From positions 73,410,001 to 73,474,000 of the forward strand of contig NC_058368.1 of NCBI RefSeq assembly GCF_018350175.1: a DNA stretch of 64,000 nt. Reading direction: 5' to 3'. Position 1 is the stretch's first letter. Every line of letters starts with the position of its first letter. This document shows positions 27,315 through 39,242 of this stretch, in pieces. The notes beneath the pieces are model-generated. The model saw only the letters and a program-made list of their open reading frames with translations. It was not told the origin of the DNA and did no database searches. The position numbers and the translations under genes were made by a program. Source of the stretch: Felis catus. Its lineage: Eukaryota.

Positions 27315-28370
27315 CCCTAGGTTTTTATCTGAACAACTAGAAGAATAGAGTGACATCAACTGAGATGGGGAAGGCTATGGACAGAACAAGTTTGTGCATG
27401 AAGATCAGTACTTCGGTTTTGGTTATATTGAGTTTGAAACATCTACTACTCAAACAAGTGGAGAAACTGAGAGGGCAATTAGAGATCTATGCCTAGAGTT
27501 TAGGAGAGATATTTGAGTTGGTGATGTAAGTTTGGAGTAATCAAACATATAGATGTTCTTCCAAGACATGGTGGGAGTGGGAAGGAAACCAAGTACGTTA
27601 AGAGATCAGGGAAATGAGGAAGAACCAGCAGATGCAACTGAGAAGTAGAAGCCAGTGAGGCAAGGAGAAAACCAAAAGTCTGTGGTATCATGGAAGCCAA
27701 GAGAAGAAAACTGCTTGAAGAAACAGGGAGAGCTCACCTGGGTCAGATATTGCTAATTGAAGATGTTTTTTGATTTAGATTTAAAATATTACATTTCACT
27801 GTGTAGAGGTTACTCGTGGCTTTTGTAAGAAAAGTTTAGGTGTTGGGGGTGGTGGGGAAAAGGATTGGTGTGGATTTATAAGACAGTGGAAAAGAGGAAT
27901 GGGAAAGCGAGTGAAGAATTCTTTGAGGATTTTTCTTACAAGGAGAAAAACTAGATGGGGAAGTAGCTGGCAGCAGAAGAGAGGTTAAAGGATAACTTGG
28001 GGACTTTTATCTGTTAGTATTTTGTTTTTAGATGAAGAAATAATAGCATATATGCTATTGGGAATGATCCAGTAGATAGAGAAAAAGTGATGATGTAGTA
28101 CAGAGAGGGGAGAATGTTAAAATGATTCCTTGAGTAGATGAGGACTGGGATCTAATGTGCAGAGGCACTGGCTTGAAATGGCAGCGAGGACCGTCCATCC
28201 ATGGCAGGTACAGATGGGAAGAGAGTCAGTGAAAGGTCTCTCTTCTCTTCTCAGTGAAGTATGAAGCAAGGTCATCTGCTTGTGAGGATGGAGTAGGAGG
28301 TATTAGAGGTTTGAGGAGAGAAGTAAAGGTATGAAATAGCTAGGAGAGGTGGGAGTGAATGGATTATGGA
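27315..28370 (-). mobile_element. LINE-2 remnant
   Basis: Purine-rich L2 motifs (ctgagatggggaaggct, ttgagtttgaaacatct, ggagaaaccaaaag...tggtatcatggaagccaagagaagaaaa). Confidence 0.7.
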
Positions 28371-28927
28371 ATGTTCTAAGGCCCACCAGAGTTTTCTTGC
28401 CGAAAAAGTAAGATGACACAAATTGGAGCCACTATGTCCATGTACGGTTATCTGCTTGGAGAAAGAAATGAATCCATCCAGCTTTAGTGTCTCATGACTC
28501 TGTTCCTTCGCCCCACTCACACTGCCCTCATTGTCCTATTATTCTTGGAGACCTGCTTTTGAACAAACTAGAAAAATAGAGCCTTGCAACAAACTTGAGG
28601 TGGCAGTTCCAACCATGTGCCCTGTGGCCGCATGAAATATTTTTGTCGTGAGGGAAACATGGCGACACCTGTTGGACACTGTGTGAACTACTAGCTCAAG
28701 GTGGTGCACAGTTACATTATCAGATGGTGCTACATTCCTCTCCGTTCCTCGATGTATTGTGAAGCTGATTTTCTAGCTCTTGCTGACTTAAAAGAAAACA
28801 CTGCACAAAAATCAGTGTGGCATTTCCAATCTGATTCTAAAGATTGAAAAGTTGTTCAGCGCCCAATAGGCACACATCCCCTTGGCAAGTAACTGTGGTT
28901 ATTTAAAAATAAAATAAAACATTTTTT

Positions 28928-29145
28928 AAAGTTTATTTATTTATTTGGAGAGAGAGAGAGAGAGAGAGAGAAAGCAAGCAAACGTGAGTAGGAGAGGAGT
29001 AGAGAGAGAGGAAGAGAGGGAATCCCAAGCAGGCTCTGTACTGTCAGCACAGAGTCTGATGTGGGGCTGGAACCCAGGAACCATGAGATCATGATCTGAA
29101 CTGAAGCCGGACACTTAACTGAAGCCTGAGCCACCCAGGCACCTC
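28928..29145 (-). mobile_element. CAN-SINE
   Basis: TSD taaaataaaacattttt. Confidence 0.92.
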
Positions 29146-29178
29146 TAAAATAAAACATTTTTAAACTTATATTGTTTT

Positions 29179-29401
29179 GGGGCACATGGCTGCCTGAGTT
29201 GGTTAAGTGTCCGACTCTTGATTTTGGTTCAAGTTGGGATCTCACGGTTAGCGGGTTTGAGCCCCCGCATCAGGCTCTGCATCGACATCACAGAACCTGC
29301 TTGGCGTTCTCTCTCTCTCTCTCTCCCTCTCTCTCTCTCTCCCCCACTTGTGTACACTCTCTCTCTCTCTCTCTCTCAAAAAATAAATATTAAAAAAATG
29401 T
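29179..29401 (+). mobile_element. CAN-SINE
   Basis: TSD aaacttatattgtttt. Confidence 0.92.
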
Positions 29402-29492
29402 AAACTTATATTGTTTTTTCAAACAACTGCTAAGTTTTTAAGATATGAATAATAATTAAGTTGTTTGAACCTAAGCTACTTAATATGATTAA

Positions 29493-29661
29493 TTTATTTA
29501 TTTGGGGAAGAGGGGCAGAGAGGGAGAGAGAGAATCCCAAACAGGCTTCAGGCCACTAATACAGAGCCCGATTCGGGGCTTGAACTCACAAACCGTGAGA
29601 TCACGACCTGAACAGAAACCAGGAGTCGAACCCTTAACCAACGGGAGCCACCCAGGCGCCC
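29493..29661 (-). mobile_element. CAN-SINE
   Basis: Reverse-complement consensus ending gccacccaggcgccc. Confidence 0.88.
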
Positions 29662-30776
29662 TGCCACTGGTTCCAGGAATCCTTCTGCCCACTGTGGAGG
29701 ACACATCCCAGGTTGGGACATGAGGTCAGGGGTAAGGTCCGGGGCTAGATCATGTGAAAACTTCCTACAGCACCCAGGGCAGGAGGAACGTCCATGACAG
29801 AGGACAAACAGGACCTGGGAGGGAGGTATAGAAAACTGGTCTGGAGAAAATTTTCCATCCATCAGCTGTGTCAAGTCTAAGCTGATAAATCCTTCTCTAC
29901 AACACCTCATCAGAAAGGATAGTCTTTTCTGGCAAGAATACACTCAAAAAGTAGATCACACAAGCTATATTTAGTATACTTACTTTTTTGATGGCGATCA
30001 CATGACAGAGTTTACCCACTTGTTGCTGTGTTACAAACCTATACCAGTCCAGCAGACAGCAAGGTCATGTGTGTACAAAGTAACAGATTTTGTGCATCTT
30101 AGCTTGTTGGCCTGCATCTTACTGATTTGATGTATCATGTTCTAATGAAGTCTTGTGGTTCCAGGTGAAATGGTATGCAAAATGGCCATTCAGTCAGCAA
30201 AAGTGCCGGCATTTTTTAATTGTCAGTAATAAATAATAAATCTTCATCAACCACTAGAAGATTGGTTTACTTTTGATCTCTATATGAAAAATTATTACAA
30301 AATTGGGGTTTTTTTGAAGACGTGATCAAACAGTGTGCAGCCAAAAAAAATATTGGAAGAAAATATTAGGCAGTTAACAAAAAAGGTCACTTTTTGGGAT
30401 TCATGATGGTTTGGGTTTGATCAGCTTTCCAAAATTTGAACTTTGTGCTGATTTTTCTCCTACTCTAAATACGCCCTTTTCTACCTACCTTTACATTCAG
30501 AAATTTACAATATTTCTCTATTAACAATTAGACATTTGATGTCCCAGGATGTAAAATGTTTTCACGATGTAAGAACTAGTCACTCAATCTGTCCCTATCA
30601 TTTATGGTAGGAAATTTCACCATTTCAGCTCTAATAGCTCTAACTATATAACGGGTCTATGTAACATTTAACTATAGAGAGCTCTGTAGCTAGCTCTAAC
30701 AGCTTCAAATTTGAATTGCCACAAGTGACAGCCAGTCTTCTGAAACGATATGCTTTATTTAAAAATGCTGCACATG

Positions 30777-30990
30777 GGGGCGCCTGGGTGGCTCAGTCGG
30801 TTAAGCGTCCAACTTCGGCTCAGGTCCTGATCTCGCGGTTCATGAGTTCAAGCCCCACGTTGGGCTCTGTGCTGACGTTTCAGAGCCTGGACCCTGCTTC
30901 AGATTCTGTGTCCCTCTCTCTCTCTGCCCCTTTCCTGCTTGTGCTCTCTTTCAAAAAATGAATAAACATCAGAAAAATAATTAAAAAATA
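30777..30990 (+). mobile_element. CAN-SINE
   Basis: TSD aaaatg(c/t)tgcaca. Confidence 0.92.
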
Positions 30991-31029
30991 AAATGTTGCA
31001 CACTGTGTAATCTATTTGAAGACCTTTTT

Positions 31030-31052
31030 TAAAATTTATAATTCTATTATTT

Positions 31053-31100
<48 letters not shown>

Positions 31101-31881
31101 GTCAAATTGGTTTCCATACAACACCCAATGCTCCTCCCAACAGGTGCCCTCCTCAATGCTCATCACCCACTTTCCCCTCTCCTCCAGCCCCCATCAACCC
31201 TGAGTTTGTTCTCAATATTTAAGAGTCTCTTATGGTTTGCCTCATTCCCTCTCTGTAACTTTTTTTTCCCCTTCCCCTCCCCGCTGGTCTTCTGTTAAGT
31301 TTCTCAGGATCCACATATGAGTGAAAACATGGTATCTGTCTTTCTCTGCCTGATTTATTTCACTCAGCGTAACACTCTCCAGTTTCATCCACATTGCTAC
31401 AAATGGCCAGATTTCATTCTTTCTCATTGCCAAGTAGTATTCCATTGTATATATAAACCACATCTTCTTTACCCATTTATCAGTTGATGGACATTTAGGC
31501 TCTTTCCATAATTTGGCTATTGTTGAGAGTGCTGCTATAAACATTGGGGTACAAATGCCCCTATGCATCAGTACTCCTGTATCCCTTGGGTAAATTCCTA
31601 GCAGTGCTACTGCTGGGTCATAAGGTAGGTCTATTTTTCATTTTTTGAGGAACCTCCATACTGTTTTCCAGAGTGGCTGCACCAGTTTGCATTCCCACCA
31701 ACAGTGCAAGAGGGTTCCCGTTTCTCCACATCCTCTCCAGAGTCTATAGTCTCCTGATTTGTTCATTTTAGACACTCTGACTGGCGTGAGGTGGTATCTC
31801 AGTGTGGTTTTGATTTGTATTTCCCTGATGAGAAATGACGTTCAGCATGTTTTCATGTGTCTGTTGGCCATCTGGATGTCT
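31030..31881 (-). mobile_element. 5'-truncated carnivore L1 3' end
   Basis: Minus translation CTPMFIAALSTIAKLWKEPKCPSTDKWVKKMW. Perfect TSD tatttgaagaccttttt at 31013-31029 and 31882-31898. Confidence 0.93.
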
Positions 31882-33991
31882 TATTTGAAGACCTTTTTAA
31901 GGAACAATTAGGAATCCAGCTAATCATTTCAATCTGCCAACGGGGACACTATCTGCAAAACACAGATCATGGGAAACTAAAAAACAACCTGGTTTCTTCA
32001 ATCTGAGAAACTGTAAGGAAAAAAAAACAATGGAAGGAAAAGCCTATGGATTAATAAAGATTTAAAAGAGAAACACCTGGGGGAGGAGCCAAGATGGTGG
32101 AACAGCATGGAAGTTTTTTGTGTGTCTCGCGTCCATGAAATACAGCCAGACTAACACTAAACCATCGTACACATCTAGAAAACTGATTAGAGGATTAACA
32201 CAACAATCTGCACAACCTGAACTACAGAATTCAGCAGGTACATGGCGCAGAGAGGTGAATTTGGGGAGCAAGAAGCCGCAGAAGGTAGGGAACCGCTTTT
32301 GTGGGCAGAGAGAGGACCAAGACTGGGGAGGGGGGAGCATATGGGAAAACATCCCTCCCCAAAAGCAGCTGGAGGGAAAGTGGAAAATTGGAAACAGCCT
32401 CAGGGGCTAAACTAAAAAGGGAGAAAGGAGAGGGTTTAAATTCCATTAAGACTGTAAACAAGGGGAGCACAAAGACTGCAACTCCACAGCTCCATACCTG
32501 GGGTGTTCTGCTGGGAAGGGCGAATCCCCAGGAGCAGAGTGGGATCCGGGAGGTTCTCGGGCCACGCGGAGAAAAGCGGTTCCACTGCTGGAAGGACGTT
32601 TGGTAGAGACTGTTGAAGCCACCTGGTCCCAGCCGACCCCGGAAGGCGGCCACATTTGCTGGTGCTGGGGCAAGGTCCTTGAGGGGGAAGCCTGGTGCCA
32701 GATGTGTGTTGCGATGTTCCATAATCCCCAAAATGCTGCTGCTACACTATCTCGCGAACTTTTTCTGGGGCTGGCTGGAACCTGGCCGCAGTCTCAGGGC
32801 AACGGCAACAGCAGGGTCCAGCGGGTGTTCCTGGGTGCAGCCGACACTCAGCCATTGCTCATTCGGCCATTGCTCGGTGAGACCCTCCCGCAGAGGGGCA
32901 GAACGGCCCAAATCCACAGTCCTTCAGAAGTAAGGGGCCGGGGAAAACAGCCGCATCTGAGACAAATTCGGGAGAGAGGTACTGCCTGGGGCTTGGTCAC
33001 AGAGAGTGAAAAAACGGGGAGTGGATGAGAGCTGAAGACAGAGGACAGGCGTGAGATTGCTGACCTGGGAGAACAGTTGCGTGTCTGGGTGGCACCATTT
33101 TTCACCACTCCCGCCCATGCGCATACGCACCTATGAGCACCGCGATAATCCACCCCAGGAGGCTAGCAGCGCCATCTAGTGGAGAGCGGAACCGTTACAC
33201 TGAGCCCCGCCCAACTGGGCCAACTTCGATCTTCAAGAACAAGTCTCACCACTGGCTCAGTTTATGGACTATAAAGCGCTACATAGACTGACTTCTAGGG
33301 GAAAACGAAGTGACTTCAGTCCTACTTCAATCTGTTAGCAGGTTCATTTATTCAATTTTCTTTCTTTTTTTTCTCTTTTACACTTTTCTTTTTCTTGAAT
33401 ACAGAAAGAGAAAAAAATCATTTTTATTTTCAATTTTTATTAAAAATATTTTCTTTAATTTTTATTACTATATTTTTACTTTTGTGTAATTTTTTTCAAA
33501 TTCTATTTTACTTCCATCATTTTATTTTAGTCTACTACAGTGTATTCACTTTTTCAAATTTTCAAATGATTTCCTTTTTTTCTTTTTTATTTCTTTTTTT
33601 AATCTTTTTTCTCTTTTTCATTGCTTTTGCTTTTTCATTACAGAAAAAGAAAATATTCATATTTATTTTTAATCTTTAGTAAAAATATTTTTCTTTCATT
33701 TTTTCTACTATATTCTTTACTTTTCTGTATTTTTCTCAAATTCTATTTTACCCCCATCATCTCATTTTAGTCTACTTTGGTGTATTCATTTTTTCAAATT
33801 CTCAAATGATTCCCTTTTATTTTTTCTGCCCCCCCTTTTTTTCTCTAATCTGTCAAACCACTTTCAACACCCAGACCAAACACACCTAGGATCTAGCATC
33901 ATCTATTTGATTTGTGTGTGTGTTTAATTTTTAATTTTATTTTTTTTAATTTCAATTTTTCTACCTCACTAATTCCTTTTCTCCCTTCAAA

Positions 33992-34780
33992 ATGACAAAA
34001 CAAAGGAATTCACCCAAAAAGAAAGAGCATGAGCAAACGACAGCCAGGGAGTTAACCAACAGAGATACAAGCAAGATGTCTGAACCAGAATTTAGAATCA
34101 CGATAATAAGAATACTAGCTGGAGTTGAAAACAGATTAGAATCCCTTTCTTCAGAGATAAAAGAAGTAAAAAATAGCCAGAAAGAAATTAAAAATGTTGT
34201 AACTGAGCTGCAATCACGGATGGATGCAGCGGTGGCAAGGATGGATGAGGCAGAACAGAGAACCAGTGATATAGAGGACAAACTTATAGAGAATAATGAA
34301 GCAGAAAAAAAGAGGGAGATTGAGGCACAAAAGCATGATTTAAGAATTAGAGAAATCAGTGACTCATTAAAAAGGAACAACATCAGAATCATAGGGGTCC
34401 CAGAAAAGGAAGAGAGAGAAATAGGGGTAGAGGGTTATGTGAGCAAATCATAGTGGAAAACTTTCCTAACCTGAGGAAAGACACAGACATCAAAATCCAG
34501 GAAGCACAGAGGACCCCCATTAGATTCAACAAAAACCGACCATCAGCAAGGCATATCATAGTCAAATTCACAAAATACTCAGATAAGGAGAGAATCATGA
34601 AAGCAGCAAGGGAAAAAAAGTCCCTAACCTACAAGAGAAGACAGATCAGCTTTGCAACAGACCTATCCACAGAAACTTGGCAGGCCAGAAAGGAGTGACA
34701 TGATATATTCAATGTGCTGAATCAGAAAAATATGCAGCCAAGAATTCTTTATCCAGCAAGGCTGTCATTCAAAATACAAG
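33992..34780 (+). pseudogene. L1 ORF1p remnant (frameshifted, C-terminus lost)
   Basis: MTKQRNSPKKKE...KRNNIRIIGVPE and ENFPNL...IQEAQRTP...RHIIVKF fragments in different frames. Confidence 0.9.
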
Positions 34781-34781
34781 G

Positions 34782-34872
34782 ATATATATATTATACATAT
34801 TATATATATATATTATATATATATATTATATAATATTATATATTATATTATATATATAATATATATATCCAT
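34782..34872. repeat. (TA)-rich low-complexity tract inside the L1, between the ORF1 remnant and ORF2
   Basis: tatatatattatacatattatatatata... Confidence 0.9.
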
Positions 34873-34941
34873 ATCAAAAGCAACAAGGATTAGAAAGTAC
34901 CAGAGAACACCACCAGAAACTCCAACTCTACAAGCATCATA

Positions 34942-37900
34942 ATGGCAATAAATTCATATCTTTCAGTACTCACTCTAAATGTCAATGGACTCAATGCTCC
35001 AATCAAAAGACAGAGGTAACAGAATGGATAAGAAAACAAGATCCATCTATATGCTGTTTACAAGAGACCCACTTTAGACCTAAAGACATCTTCAGATTGA
35101 AAATAAGGGGATGGAGAACCATCTGTCATGCTAATGGTCAACAAAAGAAAGCCGGAATAGCTCTACTTATATCAGACAATCTAGACTTTAAAATAAAGAC
35201 TGTATCAAGAGATGCAGAAGGGCATTATATCATAATCAAGGGGTCTACCCACCAAGAAGACCTAACAACTGTAAACATTTATGCACCAAATGTGGGACAC
35301 CCAAATATATAAATCAATTAATCACAAACATAAAGAAACTCATCAATAGTAATACCATAATAGTAGGAGACTTTAACACCCCACTCACAACAATGGACAG
35401 ATCATCTAATCAAAAAATCAACAAGAAAACAATGGCTTTGAATGACACACTGGACCAAATGGACTTAACAGATATATTCAGAACATTTCATCCTAAAGCA
35501 GCAGAATATACATTCTTCTCCAGTGCACATGGAACGTTCTCCAGAATATACCATATACTAGGACACAAATCAGCCCTAAGTAAGTACAAAATGATCGAGA
35601 TCGTACCGTGCATATTTTCAGACCACAACGCCATGAAACTTGAAACCAACCACAAGAAAAAATTTGGAAAAGTAACAAATACTTGGAGACTGAAGAACAT
35701 CCTATTTAAGAATGAATGGGCTAACCAAGCAGTTAAAGAGGAAATTAAAAAGTATATGGAAGTCAATGAACATGATAAAACCACAACCCAAAACCTCTGG
35801 GACACAGCAAAGGCAGTCATAAGAGGAAAGTATATAGCAATCCAGGCCTTCCTACAGAAGGGAGAAAGATCTCAGATACACAACCTAACCTTATGCATTA
35901 AGGAGCTGGAAAAACAACAGCAAATAAAACCCAAAACCAGAAGAATACAGGAAATTAAAAAGATTAGAGCAGAAATTAATGCTATTGAAAACAAAAAAAA
36001 CAGTAGAACAGGTCAATGAAACCAGAAGCTGGTTCTTTGAAAGAATTAACAAAATTGATAAACCACTAGCCAATTTGATCAAAAAGAAAGAGGAAAGGAC
36101 CCAAATAAATAAAATCAAGAATGAAAGAGGAGAGGCCACAACCAACACAACAGATATAAAAACAATAATAAGAGAATATTATGAGCAATTATATGCCAAT
36201 AAAATGGGTAATCTGGAAGAAATGGACAAATTCCTAGAAACATATACACTATCAAAACTGAAACAGGAAGAAATAAAAAACTTGAACAGACCCATAACCA
36301 GTAAGGAAATTGAATTAGTAATCAAAAACCTCCCAAAAAACAAGAGTGCAGGGCCAGATGGCTTTCCAGGGGAATTCTACCAAACATTTAAGGAAGAGTT
36401 AACACCTATTCTCTTGAAACTGTTCCAAAAAATAGAAAAGGAAGGAAAACTTCCAAACTCTTTCTATGAAGCCAGCATTACCTTGATTGAAAACCAGACA
36501 GAGACCCCACTAGAAAGGAGAACTATAGACCAATTTTCCTGATGAACGTGGATGCAAAGATCCTCAACAAGATATTAGCCAACTGGATCCAACAATACAT
36601 TAAAAAAATTATTTACCATGACCAAGTGGCATTTATACCTGGGATGCAGGGCTGGTTCAGTATCCACAAAACAATTAACGTGATTCATCACATCAATAAA
36701 AGAAAGGACAAGAACCGTATGATCCTCTCAATAGATGCAGAGAAAGCATTTGACAAAATACAGCATCTTTTCGGGGCGCCTGGGTGGCGCAGTCGGTTAA
36801 GCGTCCGACTTCAGCCAGGTCACGATCTTGCGGTCCGTGAGTTCGAGCCCCGCGTCGGGCTCTGGGCTGATGGCTCAGAGCCTGGAGCCTGTTTCCGATT
36901 CTGTGTCTCCCTCTCTCTCTGCCCCTCCCCCGTTCATGCTCTCTCTGTCCCAAAAATAAATAAACGTTGAAAAAAAATACAGCATCTTTTCTTGATAAAA
37001 ACCCTCAAGAAAGTAAGGATAGAAGGAGCATACCTTGAGATCATAAAAGCCGTATATGAACAACCCACGCTAATATCCTCCTCAATGGGGAAAAACTGAG
37101 AGCTTTCCCCCTAAGGTCAGGAACAAGACGGGGATGTCTACTCTCACCACTGTTATTTAACACAGTATTGGAAGTCTTAACCTCTGCAATCAGACAATAC
37201 AAAGAAATAAAAGACATCCAAATCAGCTAGGAGGAGGTCAAACTTTCACTCTTCGCAGATGACATGATACTCTATATGGAAAACCCTAAAGATTCTACCA
37301 AAAAACTGGTAGAACTGATTCATGAATTCAGCAAAGTTGCAGGATATAAAATCAATGCACAGAAATCGGTTGCATTCCTATACACCTACAATGAAGTGAC
37401 AGAGAAATCAAGGAATCGATCCCATTTACAGTTGCACCAAAAACCATAAAATACCCAGGAATAAATCTAACCAAAGAGGTGAAAAATTTATACATTGAAA
37501 ACTATAGAAAGCTTAGGAAAGAAATTGAAGAAGACACAAAAAAATGGAAAAGATTCCATGCTCCTGGATAGAAGAACAAATATTGTTAAAATGTTGATAC
37601 TACCCAAAGCAATCTATATATTCAATGCAATTCCTATCAAAGTAACACCAGTATTCTTCACAGAGCTAGAACAAATAATCCTAAATTTGTATGGAACCAG
37701 AAAAGACCCTGAATAGCCAAAGCGATGTTGAAAAAGAAAACCAAAGCAGGAGGTATCACAATCCCGGACTTCAAGCTGTATTACAAAGCTGTAATCATCA
37801 AGACAGTATGGTACTGGCACAAGAACAGACACTCAGATCAATGGAACAGAGTAGAGAACCCAGAAATGGGCCCAGAAACGTATGGCCAAGTAATCTTTGA

Positions 37901-38100
37901 CAAAGCAGGAAAGAATATCCAATGGAATAAAGACAGTCTCTTCAGCAAGTGGTGTTGGGAAAACTGGACAGTGACATGCAGAAGAATGAACCTGGACCAC
38001 TTTCTTACACCATACACAAAAATAAACTCAAAATGGATGAAAGACCTCAATGTAAGACAGGAAGCCATCAAAATCCTAGAGGAGAAAGCAAGCAAAAACC
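34942..38100 (+). pseudogene. L1 ORF2p remnant (endonuclease + RT), broken by stops, frameshifts, a SINE and a 3' deletion
   Basis: Endonuclease fragments (YTFFSSAHGTFSRI, FSDHNAMKLE), [51 protein letters not shown]. Confidence 0.92.
36773..36973 (+). mobile_element. Young CAN-SINE (SINEC_Fc type) inserted into L1 ORF2
   Basis: Perfect 18-bp TSD aaaatacagcatcttttc (36755-36772, 36974-36991); CpGs intact. Confidence 0.95.
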
Positions 38101-38215
38101 TAAGGCACTAAGGAATCTACTCCTGAAATCATTGTTGCATATATGCTAACTAATTTGGACATAAATTTTAAAAAATTAAAAAATTAAATTAAAAAATAAA
38201 TAAAAATAAAAGAGA

Positions 38216-38426
38216 ATCACCTGGGTAGGCTCAGTTGGTTAAGCGTCTGACCCTTGATTTCGACCCCAGGTCATGATCTCACGATTCATGAGATCAAGCC
38301 CTGCGTTGCACACAGCCTGCTTGGGATTCTGTCTCTTCCTGTCTCTCTTCCCCTCCCCTGCTTGTGTGCTCTCTCTCTCTCTTTCCCTCTCTCTCAAAAT
38401 AAATAAATAAGCTTTAAAGAAAAAAA
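38216..38426 (+). mobile_element. CAN-SINE whose 5' end was the target of the long L1
   Basis: cacctgggtaggctcagttggttaagcg...; its own TSD aaaga(t/c)ttaaaaga is at 32056-32069 and 38427-38440. Confidence 0.88.
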
Positions 38427-39242
38427 AAAGACTTAAAAGACTAAGCACAAAGTGTGACTTTCTTTATATCCCAATTCAAACCAACTTAGGAAATGACATC
38501 ATGAAATAATTGAAAATCTTCTGACTGAATATTTGATATGAAGACATCAGTGTTAGCTTTTAAGATGTGAGATGGTTATGTTACAAAATAGTTACCTTGT
38601 AGAGATATAGAAAATATTCATAGATAAAATTATATGTCTGTGATTTGTGTCAAAATACTCATGGAGATGTGGACGAGAAGTAGATAAGGCAGGTTTGGCT
38701 CCAGGTTAAAGTTTGAGGGCTAGGTGAAGGGTACCTAGAAGTACATCATACTATTTTGTTTTCTTGTGTGTGTGTGTGCATGCTCAAAATTTTCTATAAT
38801 AAGTACTGATATATTCCATCTGATTGTCAAACCCCACGGACATAACTCATATCAGATACCAAGACTCTCATATTGATGACAAAATCTACTGTAGGGCATG
38901 TCTTCAGAGTTAAAGTCCTTTTTATTGTTAAATATCAACAAGTGAAATAATTTCATTATTTCTATTGCTAACATTAAAACTTGTGTGTAAATTGTATAAA
39001 ACTATGTACTTTGCTTAGTAAAAAAATGGAATGCTTTCTAATTGTTTATTCTATTAATCATGCTCAAATATTCCAAGTATAGTAAATACATGTTTTAAAA
39101 AGATCAAGTAGCATTTATAATAAAGGAGGCATTGCTATTCCTGGCATTAATGTAATGATGATATGAAAAACTGTCATCTGTCTTGTCATTTAATAATAAA
39201 ATGATTGGCATTATGGAATATTTATGAGCCCCCCCTCCCAAA

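Larger units (their letters stand above)
32081..38206 (+). mobile_element. Near full-length, inactivated carnivore LINE-1
   Basis: Starts GGGAGGAGCCAAGATGG with a GC-rich 5'UTR, then ORF1 and ORF2 remnants and an A-rich tail. TSD taaaagagaa(a/t)cacctgg at 32063-32080 and 38207-38224. Confidence 0.95.

Noticed and set aside
31013..32100. Minus L1 fragment next to the plus long L1 as a twin-priming inversion
   Set aside because: Each has its own TSD and tail, so they are independent insertions.
32081..38206. Long L1 as an active element
   Set aside because: Multiple stops and frameshifts, a SINE insertion and two internal deletions.
685..38448. Short ORFs such as MAQWVEHLTSA..., [16 protein letters not shown]..., ERERERE
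   Set aside because: Translations of CAN-SINE copies, not genes.
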